This document shows, piece by piece, positions 14,978 through 23,908 of a stretch of 32,000 bases of DNA. The stretch is taken from positions 1,410,001 to 1,442,000 of the forward strand of contig NC_003272.1 of assembly GCF_000009705.1 (NCBI RefSeq), read 5' to 3'. Each line of letters opens with the position of its first letter. Within the stretch, counting starts at the first letter, position 1. This DNA comes from Nostoc sp. PCC 7120 = FACHB-418 (GTDB lineage Bacteria > Cyanobacteriota > Cyanobacteriia > Cyanobacteriales > Nostocaceae). A program made the position numbers and the translations under genes. The notes beneath the pieces were generated by a model. That model was not told where the DNA came from. It ran no database searches and worked only from the letters and a program-made list of their open reading frames with translations.

Positions 14978-17698
14978 CTACTGAGAAACCGTATTAGCTC
15001 TATGGTTAGAACGTGAATCTAATTGGCGTTCGCCATAACGTAACAGTCTTTCTATAATTGCCAGACGATTTTCCCAGGCTTTGACTTGATAGCTATTTTC
15101 TATCTGTTGTTGACGCATCCAGACTCGAAATAGTGATTTAAAGCGAGTTAAATTAGCTCTAGCTGTGACTAACTTACTAGCAGAGGGTGCGGTTGCTAGT
15201 TGATTTAAAGCATTTTGCAGTAATTCTGCCTGGTTATGAAAATCGGAAGTGCTTTTATTTGTTATCTGTTGCTTCTCATCCTGTAGAACTAATTGCCATT
15301 CACGTTTCAAACTCAGATATCGGGTCACAGCACTTTGGAATGGTTCACGATGAGGTAAAGGTTCACTAATTGCCGATTGTTGCTTTCCTTGAGTATTACT
15401 AAACAGCTTGTGCAACTCGTTATTTAAATTCTCGGCGGCGAATAGTGCATAACCACTCACTGGTAAATCTCTTACCAGTTGTAGTTGGTCAAATGCACCT
15501 AATGTTGGTAGAGAAAGTAATCTGATTCCAGGGATTAATAAAGTAGAACCTAACTGTGTCGAAGTAATCCAAGGTTTTGCTAAAGTTTGGAAGCGCACCG
15601 TATCTTGGGCATAAGTCATGGGAATAATTAAATCTATATTTCCCTGTCTTGCCCAAATTTCCCAATGCTGTTGAATTTTTTGGACGCGTTCATATTCTGG
15701 TAGGGGGAAGACTGCAACTGACAAAATCAGGTTGCGGTCTTGCTGACGTAACATTTGGGAAACTTGAGCAACGAAGCTATCAACTTGCTGGGTACGGAAT
15801 GTTGTCCACTGCTGCCATAGTTGTGTTTGACTAGGGGAAATCTTCATCGGATCTACACCTGTCAATTGTTGAAACTGGGTTCTGGCTGCTTTACCGTAGC
15901 CGTAACTTCGTCCGGCTGCTGGGTCTTGGAAAGGGTAGCGAATATAGTCTAGCTGTAGACCATCGACTTTATATTTAGTAATAATCTCTTCATACAGTTT
16001 CAGCAAATACTGGCGTAATTCTGGATTGGCTGGATCAAAAAAGGGCTTAGTTTGACCAAGGGGAATCATTTGCCCTTGGTGGTCGTAGTTTGCCCAATCA
16101 GGGTTAGCAGCTAAGACTGGCCCTGGATAATTGGTGGGAATGTTCAGTAATTCATTATGACGCTGGTTTCCAGCCGCGAATGTCCAAACCCAAGCGTGTA
16201 ATTCCATCCCTCGCGCATGAGCTAATTTCACCCCAGAAGCTAAGGGGTCCCAACCGCGAATTAATGGGTTTTGCTGGGGTGCAACTTTACTGGGATAAAT
16301 GGTGTAGCCAGCGTTGATTGTTTCAAAAAAGATAGTGTTGATTCCTGCTTGCGCCAAACGATCAAAAATTTTGGCTAATTCTTGTTCGCTACCTGCACGG
16401 ACAATTGTCCCTCTGTCTAGCCATACTGAGCGAATTTCGGCTGGCGCTAATCTGCGGTCTGTGGGAAACTGCTTCCACAAGTTTGTTCTGGTTGCAAGCC
16501 ATTGTTGACGCGCCAGAGCATAATTTTTATTGGCAATTAATTGCGGGATGTTTTTAGCTACTATTCTGGCTTGTGCCAAAACTTGCTCTTTGTTAGCGAT
16601 GGGAGTTAAAGAGGTGCTGGTAATTCGTGGGGTTTCAGCTTTCACAGACAGAGAGGTGTTGCTATTTCCATCATTTACCATTGCAGCTAAATGGGCGCTT
16701 TCTACTCGTCCAATGAGGTTTTCTAACTCTTGTTGGAGAGCGATCGCTTCACTACTACCTATTGGTGCATTAGAATGAGGCGCAACATCCCAATGTACCT
16801 GTTGTTCCAGTTGATCAATCGCTTCTTCAGTTGCGGGTGGTTTGGTTACTGGTAAGACTGGTTTAGGCGGAGTGATCGTTCGGGGGGCGATATCATTAGT
16901 TCTCTTCTGTTCCTCTGAAACAGTTGCTACCGATGTGGAACAATTGGACGCACCTCCGGTGATTTTTTTGGTGTTATTTCCTGACGCATAACGAGTCACA
17001 GCAGCTTTTAACCAAGAACTATCTAATTCTGCTGTAGATGCTGCATCTGTTCCCCAGCGCCAGCCCAAAAAAGTAGCGCGTTCGGTGGAGACTACGGCGG
17101 CGGGATTCTCTCTGGAACTCCACACAGCCACAGTTTGACTAGCACCACTATTGGGTATCAAAACACCACCATGCACATTACCAAAAATTCCCCCGTTGTT
17201 TACCCAGCTATGACTTAAGGTTTTGGGGGGTTTGATTTCTTGTTTATCTTTGAGGCTAAATCCCCAATAGCCGCCTAAGAGGGTTTTTAATAATTGACGG
17301 ACTCCTGGGGCGGAGAGACTACCAACGGGGCCGCTAGCAATGATGTTACCGCCTTGGCTTTTCCACTGTTCCAAGGCGATCGCTTGAGTTGGTGTCAGGG
17401 TTTCAATATTCGGTAAAAATAACACGCGGCGATCGCCCCAATCTGCTGCATTACTCACACTTGCTAGGGGAATTACACAATATTCCACCCCAATATTTTG
17501 CAAGCGTTTGGTAATTCCAGCCCAATGCTGTGTATTGTCTGGACTTTTAACTACACTCAAAACGGGTTTTTCTGCCGCCTTTGCTGTCAAAATATCAACA
17601 CAATTAAAAATAACTAATTGCAGAGTAAAAATGAAGAATCCAGTTTTTTTAATTTGTAATCTATGATTATCTTTATTGACTTTTTTGTGATTCTTCAC
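14978..17698 (-). CDS. Large exported glycoside-hydrolase-like protein (GHL10/DUF187 family) with an N-terminal extension
   Basis: 906-aa ORF with an N-terminal hydrophobic segment (FFIFTLQLVIFNCV). The central region has blocks I associate with DUF187/GHL10: INTIFFETINAGYTIYPS, MELHAWVWTFAAGN, VDGLQLDYIRYP, IIPMTYAQD. Confidence 0.6.
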   Translation of the reverse strand: MKNHKKVNKDNHRLQIKKTGFFIFTLQLVIFNCVDILTAKAAEKPVLSVVKSPDNTQHWAGITKRLQNIGVEYCVIPLASVSNAADWGDRRVLFLPNIETLTPTQAIALEQWKSQGGNIIASGPVGSLSAPGVRQLLKTLLGGYWGFSLKDKQEIKPPKTLSHSWVNNGGIFGNVHGGVLIPNSGASQTVAVWSSRENPAAVVSTERATFLGWRWGTDAASTAELDSSWLKAAVTRYASGNNTKKITGGASNCSTSVATVSEEQKRTNDIAPRTITPPKPVLPVTKPPATEEAIDQLEQQVHWDVAPHSNAPIGSSEAIALQQELENLIGRVESAHLAAMVNDGNSNTSLSVKAETPRITSTSLTPIANKEQVLAQARIVAKNIPQLIANKNYALARQQWLATRTNLWKQFPTDRRLAPAEIRSVWLDRGTIVRAGSEQELAKIFDRLAQAGINTIFFETINAGYTIYPSKVAPQQNPLIRGWDPLASGVKLAHARGMELHAWVWTFAAGNQRHNELLNIPTNYPGPVLAANPDWANYDHQGQMIPLGQTKPFFDPANPELRQYLLKLYEEIITKYKVDGLQLDYIRYPFQDPAAGRSYGYGKAARTQFQQLTGVDPMKISPSQTQLWQQWTTFRTQQVDSFVAQVSQMLRQQDRNLILSVAVFPLPEYERVQKIQQHWEIWARQGNIDLIIPMTYAQDTVRFQTLAKPWITSTQLGSTLLIPGIRLLSLPTLGAFDQLQLVRDLPVSGYALFAAENLNNELHKLFSNTQGKQQSAISEPLPHREPFQSAVTRYLSLKREWQLVLQDEKQQITNKSTSDFHNQAELLQNALNQLATAPSASKLVTARANLTRFKSLFRVWMRQQQIENSYQVKAWENRLAIIERLLRYGERQLDSRSNHRANTVSQ

Positions 17699-17789
17699 TA
17701 TTTCTCCTCACTGCTCATTAATTATTATTTATTATTTATGAATTAAATCAACCAGGATTTACATCAGGAAAACAACTGATATTGCCTAT

Positions 17790-19130
17790 TTAAACGCTAA
17801 CACTATCAGTAATACAGGTCTTTATCAGTTCTTCAACACCTGCTATTGGTAAGATTTTGGTTTGTAATTGCCGAGCTACTTCTTCAACACTCATATCATC
17901 TAAAAAAACTAATTCTCCATGTTTGAGCATGACATTAGGTAGCAAAATGCCTCCACCTAAATCCTGTTCTTTTAAGTGTAAAAGTAAATCGTGTCCAGTA
18001 ATTAACCCGGTAACACTAATAGTTTGTCCCCAGTAATCACTAGATAAAGCACGCATATTTATTTCTAATCCTTCCACCGCATTTAAGCTTTTGAGAATTG
18101 GTTGAAAGGCTTTTTCTACAGCATTACCAACAACCCAAGTTAACTTTTTGGGATGGTTGATTTTTGCTGGTAATAATTCCGCCGCAGTCTCAGCAAATTG
18201 TTTGAGAAATAACCTAATTGAACCTACACCATTATCAATTTGGGGGTATTCTTCGTACTCAGCTTCGCTAGGTAATTCCTCACCCGCAATCAAAAACCAT
18301 TCGTCTGCTAACCAAGCCACATTAGAACCAAATTGTCGGCGAAATTCTTGAGTTAGCGATCGCACCTGTGCAATCACTTCTTGGGCTTTCTCTCTAGTTA
18401 CAGGTATAAGTTCGTCTTCTTCAGGACGAAATCTTGTTAACCCGACTGGTACAACTGCCACTGAGGCAACGGTAGGCACATCCCTATCATGAAATGACGC
18501 TAAATCCCGTAGTGTTTGTTCCAGATGTTTGCCATCATTTATACCAGGACACACAACTACTTGAGCATGGATTTGCAGCCTTCTGGTTTGAAACCACCGC
18601 AACTGGTCTAATATTTGCGCCGCACGGGTATTTTTCAGCAGTCTAATTCTCACTTCCGGTTCCGTCGCATGAACGGATACATATAAGGGAGACAGACGCA
18701 TTTGTTCAATCCGTTGCCACTCCCTTTCCGGTAAATTGGTGAGAGTTAGATAAGAGCCGTATAAAAAACTTAACCGATAATCATCATCTTTTAAATACAG
18801 GCTAGAACGCTTACCTGGGGGTTGTTGGTCAATAAAACAAAACGGACAACGATTATTGCACTGAATTAGACCATCAAACAAAGCCGTTTCAAACTCTAAC
18901 CCCAGGTCTTCGTCGTAGTCTTTCTCAATTTCGATATGATGAGTTTTGCCAGAAGCGTCTAAAACCTCCAATTCCAGGAACTCATCAGAGCATAAAAATT
19001 TATAATCAATTAAATCGCGGGGCTGTACACCATTAATAGCTACAAGCGCATCCCCCGCTTCAAAGCCAATCTCAGCAGCTATAGAATCAGGTAGTACTTT
19101 GGTGATACGGGCGGGAAGAATAGCAGCCAT
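17790..19130 (-). CDS. PDZ + radical-SAM-like Fe-S protein (DUF512 family, cyanobacterial)
   Basis: 446-aa ORF. N-terminal PDZ-like GFEAGDALVAINGVQPRDLIDY, a CX3CX2C cluster motif CNNRCPFCF, and a long conserved C-terminal region. Confidence 0.7.
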   Translation of the reverse strand: MAAILPARITKVLPDSIAAEIGFEAGDALVAINGVQPRDLIDYKFLCSDEFLELEVLDASGKTHHIEIEKDYDEDLGLEFETALFDGLIQCNNRCPFCFIDQQPPGKRSSLYLKDDDYRLSFLYGSYLTLTNLPEREWQRIEQMRLSPLYVSVHATEPEVRIRLLKNTRAAQILDQLRWFQTRRLQIHAQVVVCPGINDGKHLEQTLRDLASFHDRDVPTVASVAVVPVGLTRFRPEEDELIPVTREKAQEVIAQVRSLTQEFRRQFGSNVAWLADEWFLIAGEELPSEAEYEEYPQIDNGVGSIRLFLKQFAETAAELLPAKINHPKKLTWVVGNAVEKAFQPILKSLNAVEGLEINMRALSSDYWGQTISVTGLITGHDLLLHLKEQDLGGGILLPNVMLKHGELVFLDDMSVEEVARQLQTKILPIAGVEELIKTCITDSVSV

Positions 19131-19474
19131 GAATCAAAAGCCAATATCTCATTAGAGTCACTACTAATGAATATAGACTAATGGCAGTAAGATTCAGAAC
19201 ACAGACAACCGCTTGCAAACAATCTTACAAAAGTTATTCATACTGACGCACCCTTGTATATTAAAAGAAGTGGTAGACCGTCGCACCCTAGGTCATTAAA
19301 GACCGCTTTGTAGCATGGGTCACCACAACAATCTCTTTGACAGAACTCGAACAGTCGCCGGGGTCAAAGCTTTAAACTACTGACATTTAAAGTATACAGT
19401 CCGCATCGGGCAAGGATGAGTGAAATCAAGGGGATGAATTAAAAACTTCTTGACAAAATAGTTGAGATTCAAAA

Positions 19475-20437
19475 ATGGAAAACATCTCTGTGTGGGTAGG
19501 CATTGACGTGAGCAAAGCGACCCTCGATGTTTATATCCGTCCCATCGGTAAAGCATTGAAGTTTGCTAATACAGAACTAGAAATATTTAATTTAGTTGAA
19601 CAATTAAAATTTTATGATTTGAACCTCATCGTACTAGAAGCAACCGGAGGATTAGAAACAGAACTGGTCATTCAACTACAGGCAGCAATGCTACCAGTAG
19701 CATTAATCAATCCACGTCAAGGACGAAATTTTGCCAAAGCCACTGGTAAACTCGCCAAAACAGATGCTATCGATGCACAAATATTGGCACACTTTGGGGA
19801 AGCAATGAAACCTCAAGTGTTAAACATTGAGTCACAAGCATCTCGTCAATTAGGAGAATTAATTAGTCGTCGAAGACAATTAGTTGAGATGCAAACTGCT
19901 GAAAAAAATCGACGCTCACGCGCCCGTGGTAAAGCATTGGCAGATATTGAAGCACACATTGAATATCTTGACGAACGTCTCAAACAACTCAATCAAGAAA
20001 TTGAGCAATTAACTCAAAACAATCAACAATGGATTGAAAAAGTTAATTTACTCAAAACTACTCCTGGTATTGGCCAAGTTATTTCGACAACTCTGGTTTC
20101 TGATTTGCCAGAACTCGGTCAACTCACTGCCAAACAAATTTCTCGCTTAGTTGGTGTTGCACCTATCAATCATGATAGTGGTCAACACAAAGGTAAGCGC
20201 ATGATTAATGGCGGTCGCGCTCATGTTCGTGCCACTCTTTATATGGGTGCTGTTGTTGCTATGCGTCATAATCCGGTTATCAAGGCCTTTTATGAGCGTC
20301 TTGTCGAACGTGGTAAATCGAAAAAATTAGCTCTCACTGCTTGCGTTCATAAAATGTTAGTCATTTTAAATGCAATGGTTCGGGATAATTTACCTTGGCG
20401 TGTTACTGACAACTTACAACCCATTCCCAACGCTTAA
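19475..20437 (+). CDS. IS110-family transposase (DEDD RuvC-like N-domain + Transposase_20 C-domain)
   Basis: 320 aa. Motifs: VGIDVSK, LEATGGLE, AKTDAIDAQILA, TTPGIGQVISTTLV, SGQHKGKRMINGGRAHVRATLYMGA. No frameshifts. Confidence 0.9.
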   Translation: MENISVWVGIDVSKATLDVYIRPIGKALKFANTELEIFNLVEQLKFYDLNLIVLEATGGLETELVIQLQAAMLPVALINPRQGRNFAKATGKLAKTDAIDAQILAHFGEAMKPQVLNIESQASRQLGELISRRRQLVEMQTAEKNRRSRARGKALADIEAHIEYLDERLKQLNQEIEQLTQNNQQWIEKVNLLKTTPGIGQVISTTLVSDLPELGQLTAKQISRLVGVAPINHDSGQHKGKRMINGGRAHVRATLYMGAVVAMRHNPVIKAFYERLVERGKSKKLALTACVHKMLVILNAMVRDNLPWRVTDNLQPIPNA

Positions 20438-20540
20438 TCACAATTGACCGTTTTTATACTTGGAAATACTCTCCCTGATGATCCTATTGCCGCATTTGGG
20501 TCAATTTTTGATGCTCTTTTTTATCTTCACGGGAAATCCA

Positions 20541-20667
20541 GCAACTGGGGAAGATTCTGCGGCGAAGCGGAGTGGCTGGTGCGGGCTGCTACCATCTTAG
20601 CCAAGAGCCACAAGTCTTTTTGCCCGTACCAGCCACCGCAGAATCTAGCGCAGCGTTCCCCAGTTGC
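20541..20667 (+). ncRNA. Candidate structured RNA 3' of the IS110-family transposase (bridge/seek-RNA-like)
   Basis: Three-segment imperfect hairpin. GCAACTGGGGA (20541-51) pairs with TCCCCAGTTGC (20657-67). GATTCTGCGG (20553-62) pairs with CCGCAGAATC (20636-45). GGCTGGTGCGGG (20574-85) pairs with CCCGTACCAGCC (20623-34). One 11-nt asymmetric internal loop sits on each side. Confidence 0.3.
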
Positions 20668-20868
20668 GTCAATGTTCAGAGTCCCGGTTTTTGTTAACGA
20701 TCGCTTGACTTTCAAGACAGTCGCTACTAACTTGTATGCTTTGTTGTCAGTTGATAGTTGTCAGTTGACCGTTGTCAGCGAAAACGAAAAGACGTGCAAG
20801 TTAAACGCGTGACAGTTTATGAGGAATTGGGTAAAAGATAAATTACCTAGTCCCCAGTCCCCAATCCC

Positions 20869-21831
20869 CTAACTATTTTGCAAAATTCCGGCGCTAATTG
20901 CCCCTAAAATCGCTACACCAAACACTAACCGATACCAAATAAACACCCAAGTACTTTGGGTTTTAAGAAAACTCAGTAAGCCAGCGATCGCAAGATATGA
21001 AAAAATAGCCGCAGAAATCACTCCCATAATTAGAGGAAGCGCTGCACCATCGGCTATACCTTCAGCTAAAAGATCTTTTAGTTCGACTAACCCAGCCAAA
21101 GTAATCGCAGGAATCCCTAGCAAAAAGGAAAATCTGGCGGCGGTTTCCCTTTGTAGTCCCATAAATAACCCGCTTGTGAGGGTGGAACCGGAACGGGAGA
21201 CACCAGGAATTAAAGTTAGTGCTTGGGCTAAACCCATCAACAGCCCATCCTGCATTGTCAGATGTTCAAAATCTCGCTCACGTTTGCCTAATTTTTCCCC
21301 CACCCCTAGTAACAAGGACATCACTATCGAGGCAACGGCGATCGCTCCTAAACTTCTAATAGGCGAACTATCATAGTCGGGGATAAATGTTTTAATCAGC
21401 AACCCAAAAAAGACGATGGGTATGGTTCCTAAAACAATTCCTAAAGATAAACGTAAATCATAATCAGCGTAATCTTTCAAGGCGATCGCTCTTGTCGCGC
21501 CCTTAATAATTCTTGTCAAATCTCCCCAGAAGTACCACAGCACAGCCGCAATACTCCCCAACTGGATGATAGCCGTGAAAGCTACCCCCGGATCACCCCA
21601 ACCAAGGGCGACTGGTACAACTTTCAGATGTGCTGTACTACTAATGGGTAGGAACTCAGTCATTCCTTGCACAAAACCTAAAACAATCGCCTGCAAAATA
21701 TTCATTTGCTGCACCCCACCACCTCCTGAGTTAGGTGAGGCGCTAAAAACTTCCAACGGAAACAGCACTACCGACAAAGCCGCCGATACTGCACTGATAA
21801 GCACAAACCATTGACGTTTGAATATAGACAT
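20869..21831 (-). CDS. uppP: Undecaprenyl-diphosphate phosphatase (BacA/UppP)
   Basis: MTEFLPISSTAHL, PGVSRSGSTLTSG, multiple TM helices. The ATG at 21831 (MSIFKRQ...) is preferred over the upstream TTG. Confidence 0.85.
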   Translation of the reverse strand: MSIFKRQWFVLISAVSAALSVVLFPLEVFSASPNSGGGGVQQMNILQAIVLGFVQGMTEFLPISSTAHLKVVPVALGWGDPGVAFTAIIQLGSIAAVLWYFWGDLTRIIKGATRAIALKDYADYDLRLSLGIVLGTIPIVFFGLLIKTFIPDYDSSPIRSLGAIAVASIVMSLLLGVGEKLGKRERDFEHLTMQDGLLMGLAQALTLIPGVSRSGSTLTSGLFMGLQRETAARFSFLLGIPAITLAGLVELKDLLAEGIADGAALPLIMGVISAAIFSYLAIAGLLSFLKTQSTWVFIWYRLVFGVAILGAISAGILQNS

Positions 21832-21910
21832 TACTTTACCTGCGATCGCTTTAATTAAAAGAATTAAGTAACCCAAGTTGCCAGTTTAAGGCTGCTGTAG
21901 TTTTTGGGCT

Positions 21911-21963
21911 TGGTCATTGGTAATGAATTGTTAACCAATTACCAGTTACCAATTACCAGTTCT
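21911..21963. repeat. STRR heptamers (CCAATTA/CCAGTTA) with a partly palindromic left half
   Basis: TGGTCATTGGTAATGAATTGTTAACCAATTACCAGTTACCAATTACCAGTT, read directly. Confidence 0.7.
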
Positions 21964-22201
21964 CGTCAGATAACTAGCAACTTATGTTAAATAAACAGCT
22001 AACTAGATAAGTCCCCAGGAAAATAACCCAACAAAGCATCTCATGTTACAGCTTGCGGTGCAATAGTCAATCGTCAATTGTTATTAGTTCTTTCCCCTGC
22101 GCCCCATCTCCTCATACGTGGTAGTATAAATATGCCCCCAGGGGGGATTATTGAGTATGGTATTTTGAGTAATATAAAGATTAGTAACAATTATTAAAAC
22201 T

Positions 22202-22981
22202 TTGATTAATAATATTTTGGCATCTTACGCAACTTCTACCACTCCAGGGATTACGGAACTACCGCAAGGCGAAACTGGACAGAAGAATATTAAAGAATTG
22301 GAATCAACACTACAAGCATCTCCTTCTTTGCCTTTAGCCCTAGTGTCTAGGCAAACATGGCTAGTGTTTGCAGCAGCAGTGTTTTTAGTATCAGTACCAG
22401 TATTTATAGAAGCGCCATTAGTGCGATCGCTGCCCACATTGAGTTTAGCTCTCACAGGATTTTGGGTGTGGCTAAGTTTTACTTTAATGTCCCGTCCAGC
22501 AACCTATGTATGGGGAGATTTGCTTTTAGGCTTTAGCTGGAGTTGGCTAGCAGGGGGAATTTATTGGGGTTGGCTACGTTGGGAACCTTTGTGGCATTTA
22601 CCAGTAGAGTCTATAGGATTACCATTTGCTTGTTGGTGTTTGTTACGCAACTGGGGCAAAGTAGGTAACTGGTTTTATTTAGGTTCCTTACTCGGCACAG
22701 TTTTAACAGATGTGTATTTTTATTTAGTAGATTTAATGCCCTACTGGCGGCAAATCATGGTAGTAGAACCTGAAAACGTGTCGCCCATTTTACAAGCAGC
22801 TGTTAGCCAAGTGCAAACACCTTGGGGTATATCGTGGGCAGTTATTCTGGGTTTGGTACTACTAATAGCGGGAACTGTACCCTTAACTAAAAAGCAGCGA
22901 CACTGGTACGCTTTCGGTGGAGCAGTCTTAAGTACAATTTTGGTAGACAGCTTATTTTTAATAGCCGCCCTGACAGCATAA
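22202..22981 (+). CDS. Conserved cyanobacterial integral membrane protein (DUF3120-like)
   Basis: 259-aa ORF with several predicted TM helices (WLVFAAAVFLVSVPVFIEAPL, LALTGFWVWLSFTLM, ...). The family name is from memory only and the start codon (TTG) is uncertain. Confidence 0.55.
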   Translation: MINNILASYATSTTPGITELPQGETGQKNIKELESTLQASPSLPLALVSRQTWLVFAAAVFLVSVPVFIEAPLVRSLPTLSLALTGFWVWLSFTLMSRPATYVWGDLLLGFSWSWLAGGIYWGWLRWEPLWHLPVESIGLPFACWCLLRNWGKVGNWFYLGSLLGTVLTDVYFYLVDLMPYWRQIMVVEPENVSPILQAAVSQVQTPWGISWAVILGLVLLIAGTVPLTKKQRHWYAFGGAVLSTILVDSLFLIAALTA

Positions 22982-23291
22982 TTCAATTCAAAATACCCTA
23001 CGGGAAGCTCAAGCTACAAAATTCAAAATAGCCTACGGCAAGGCTACACCAACAAAATTAAAGACAGCTACCCACAAGAGGCTGTTTAGATTGGGTGTAA
23101 TGGTGTTAAACCCCTAAACCCCCACACCCCTAAACAAATATTGTGAGCATTAATAAGCTGTATATTAGTTTCTGATGGCTGCTGTGTGTTGATTAAGTCA
23201 TTAGCTTCTCATAAACAGTAGAAACGTTGTACGCAAAGTCTCTACTATATATTTTTGAAGGCTTTTTGCTTAAAGCTGTTGTTTCAGTTTG

Positions 23292-23741
23292 ATGGAAAGA
23301 GGTAAAAAAATCGTGAAAGGATTGGTGCGTTTATTAACAGTATTTAGCTTGTTGCTAGGCTGCTGGGGATGGTTAGGAACAACTCAAATTGCCCAAGCTG
23401 GCAGTTTACAAAGTTTTTTGGTTCCTCAAATCCCAGTTTTGGCAATTGAACGACAAAATCGGGCAGATGCCAAACTAGCAACAGAATTCGGTGAAAAAAT
23501 CGATTTGAACAATACCAACGTAAGAGCTTTTCAACAATATCCAGGGTTATATCCCACTCTGGCTAAAAAGATTATCCAGAATGCTCCTTACGGCAAGGTA
23601 GAGGATGTCTTGAATCTACCAGGATTAAGCGATGGTCAAAAACAACTCTTACAGTCTAATTTTGATAAATTCACCGTCACAGAACTAGAACCTGCCTTCA
23701 ACGAAGGAGACGATCGCTTTAACAACGGTATTTACAGATAA
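23292..23741 (+). CDS. psbU: Photosystem II 12-kDa extrinsic protein PsbU
   Basis: Signal peptide [19 protein letters not shown], then the mature region [52 protein letters not shown]. An alternative GTG start exists at 23313. Confidence 0.9.
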   Translation: MERGKKIVKGLVRLLTVFSLLLGCWGWLGTTQIAQAGSLQSFLVPQIPVLAIERQNRADAKLATEFGEKIDLNNTNVRAFQQYPGLYPTLAKKIIQNAPYGKVEDVLNLPGLSDGQKQLLQSNFDKFTVTELEPAFNEGDDRFNNGIYR

Positions 23742-23820
23742 CCCAATTTGTATTTTCCGTCAACAAGACTAACCCACTCTCTATCCCAGGGGGTGGGAGT
23801 CTTATTATTAAATCAGGGGA

Positions 23821-23897
23821 TAGGTAATAGGTAATAGGTGATTGGTGATTGGTGATTACCCATTATTCATTACCCATTACCCGTTACCCATTACCCA
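23821..23897. repeat. Palindromic STRR: (TAGGTAA/TTGGTGA)x5 abutting (TTACCCA)x6
   Basis: Read directly. The two halves are near reverse complements, with about one mismatch per heptamer. Confidence 0.85.
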
Positions 23898-23908
23898 GAT
23901 TTCTAACC

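Larger units (their letters stand above)
19240..20740 (+). mobile_element. IS110-family insertion sequence (boundaries not determined)
   Basis: An intact transposase gene with non-coding flanks lies in the DUF512-uppP spacer. No terminal inverted repeats were seen, as expected for this family. Host-type STRR heptamers (TTGTCAG...) begin at about 20743, so the right end is probably before that point. Confidence 0.45.

Noticed and set aside
20444-20812. 122-aa TTG-start ORF downstream of the IS110-family transposase
   Set aside because: It has no SD and no family resemblance. It spans a long RNA-type hairpin and runs into host STRR heptamers (TTGTCAG...). It is more parsimoniously non-coding IS or host sequence.
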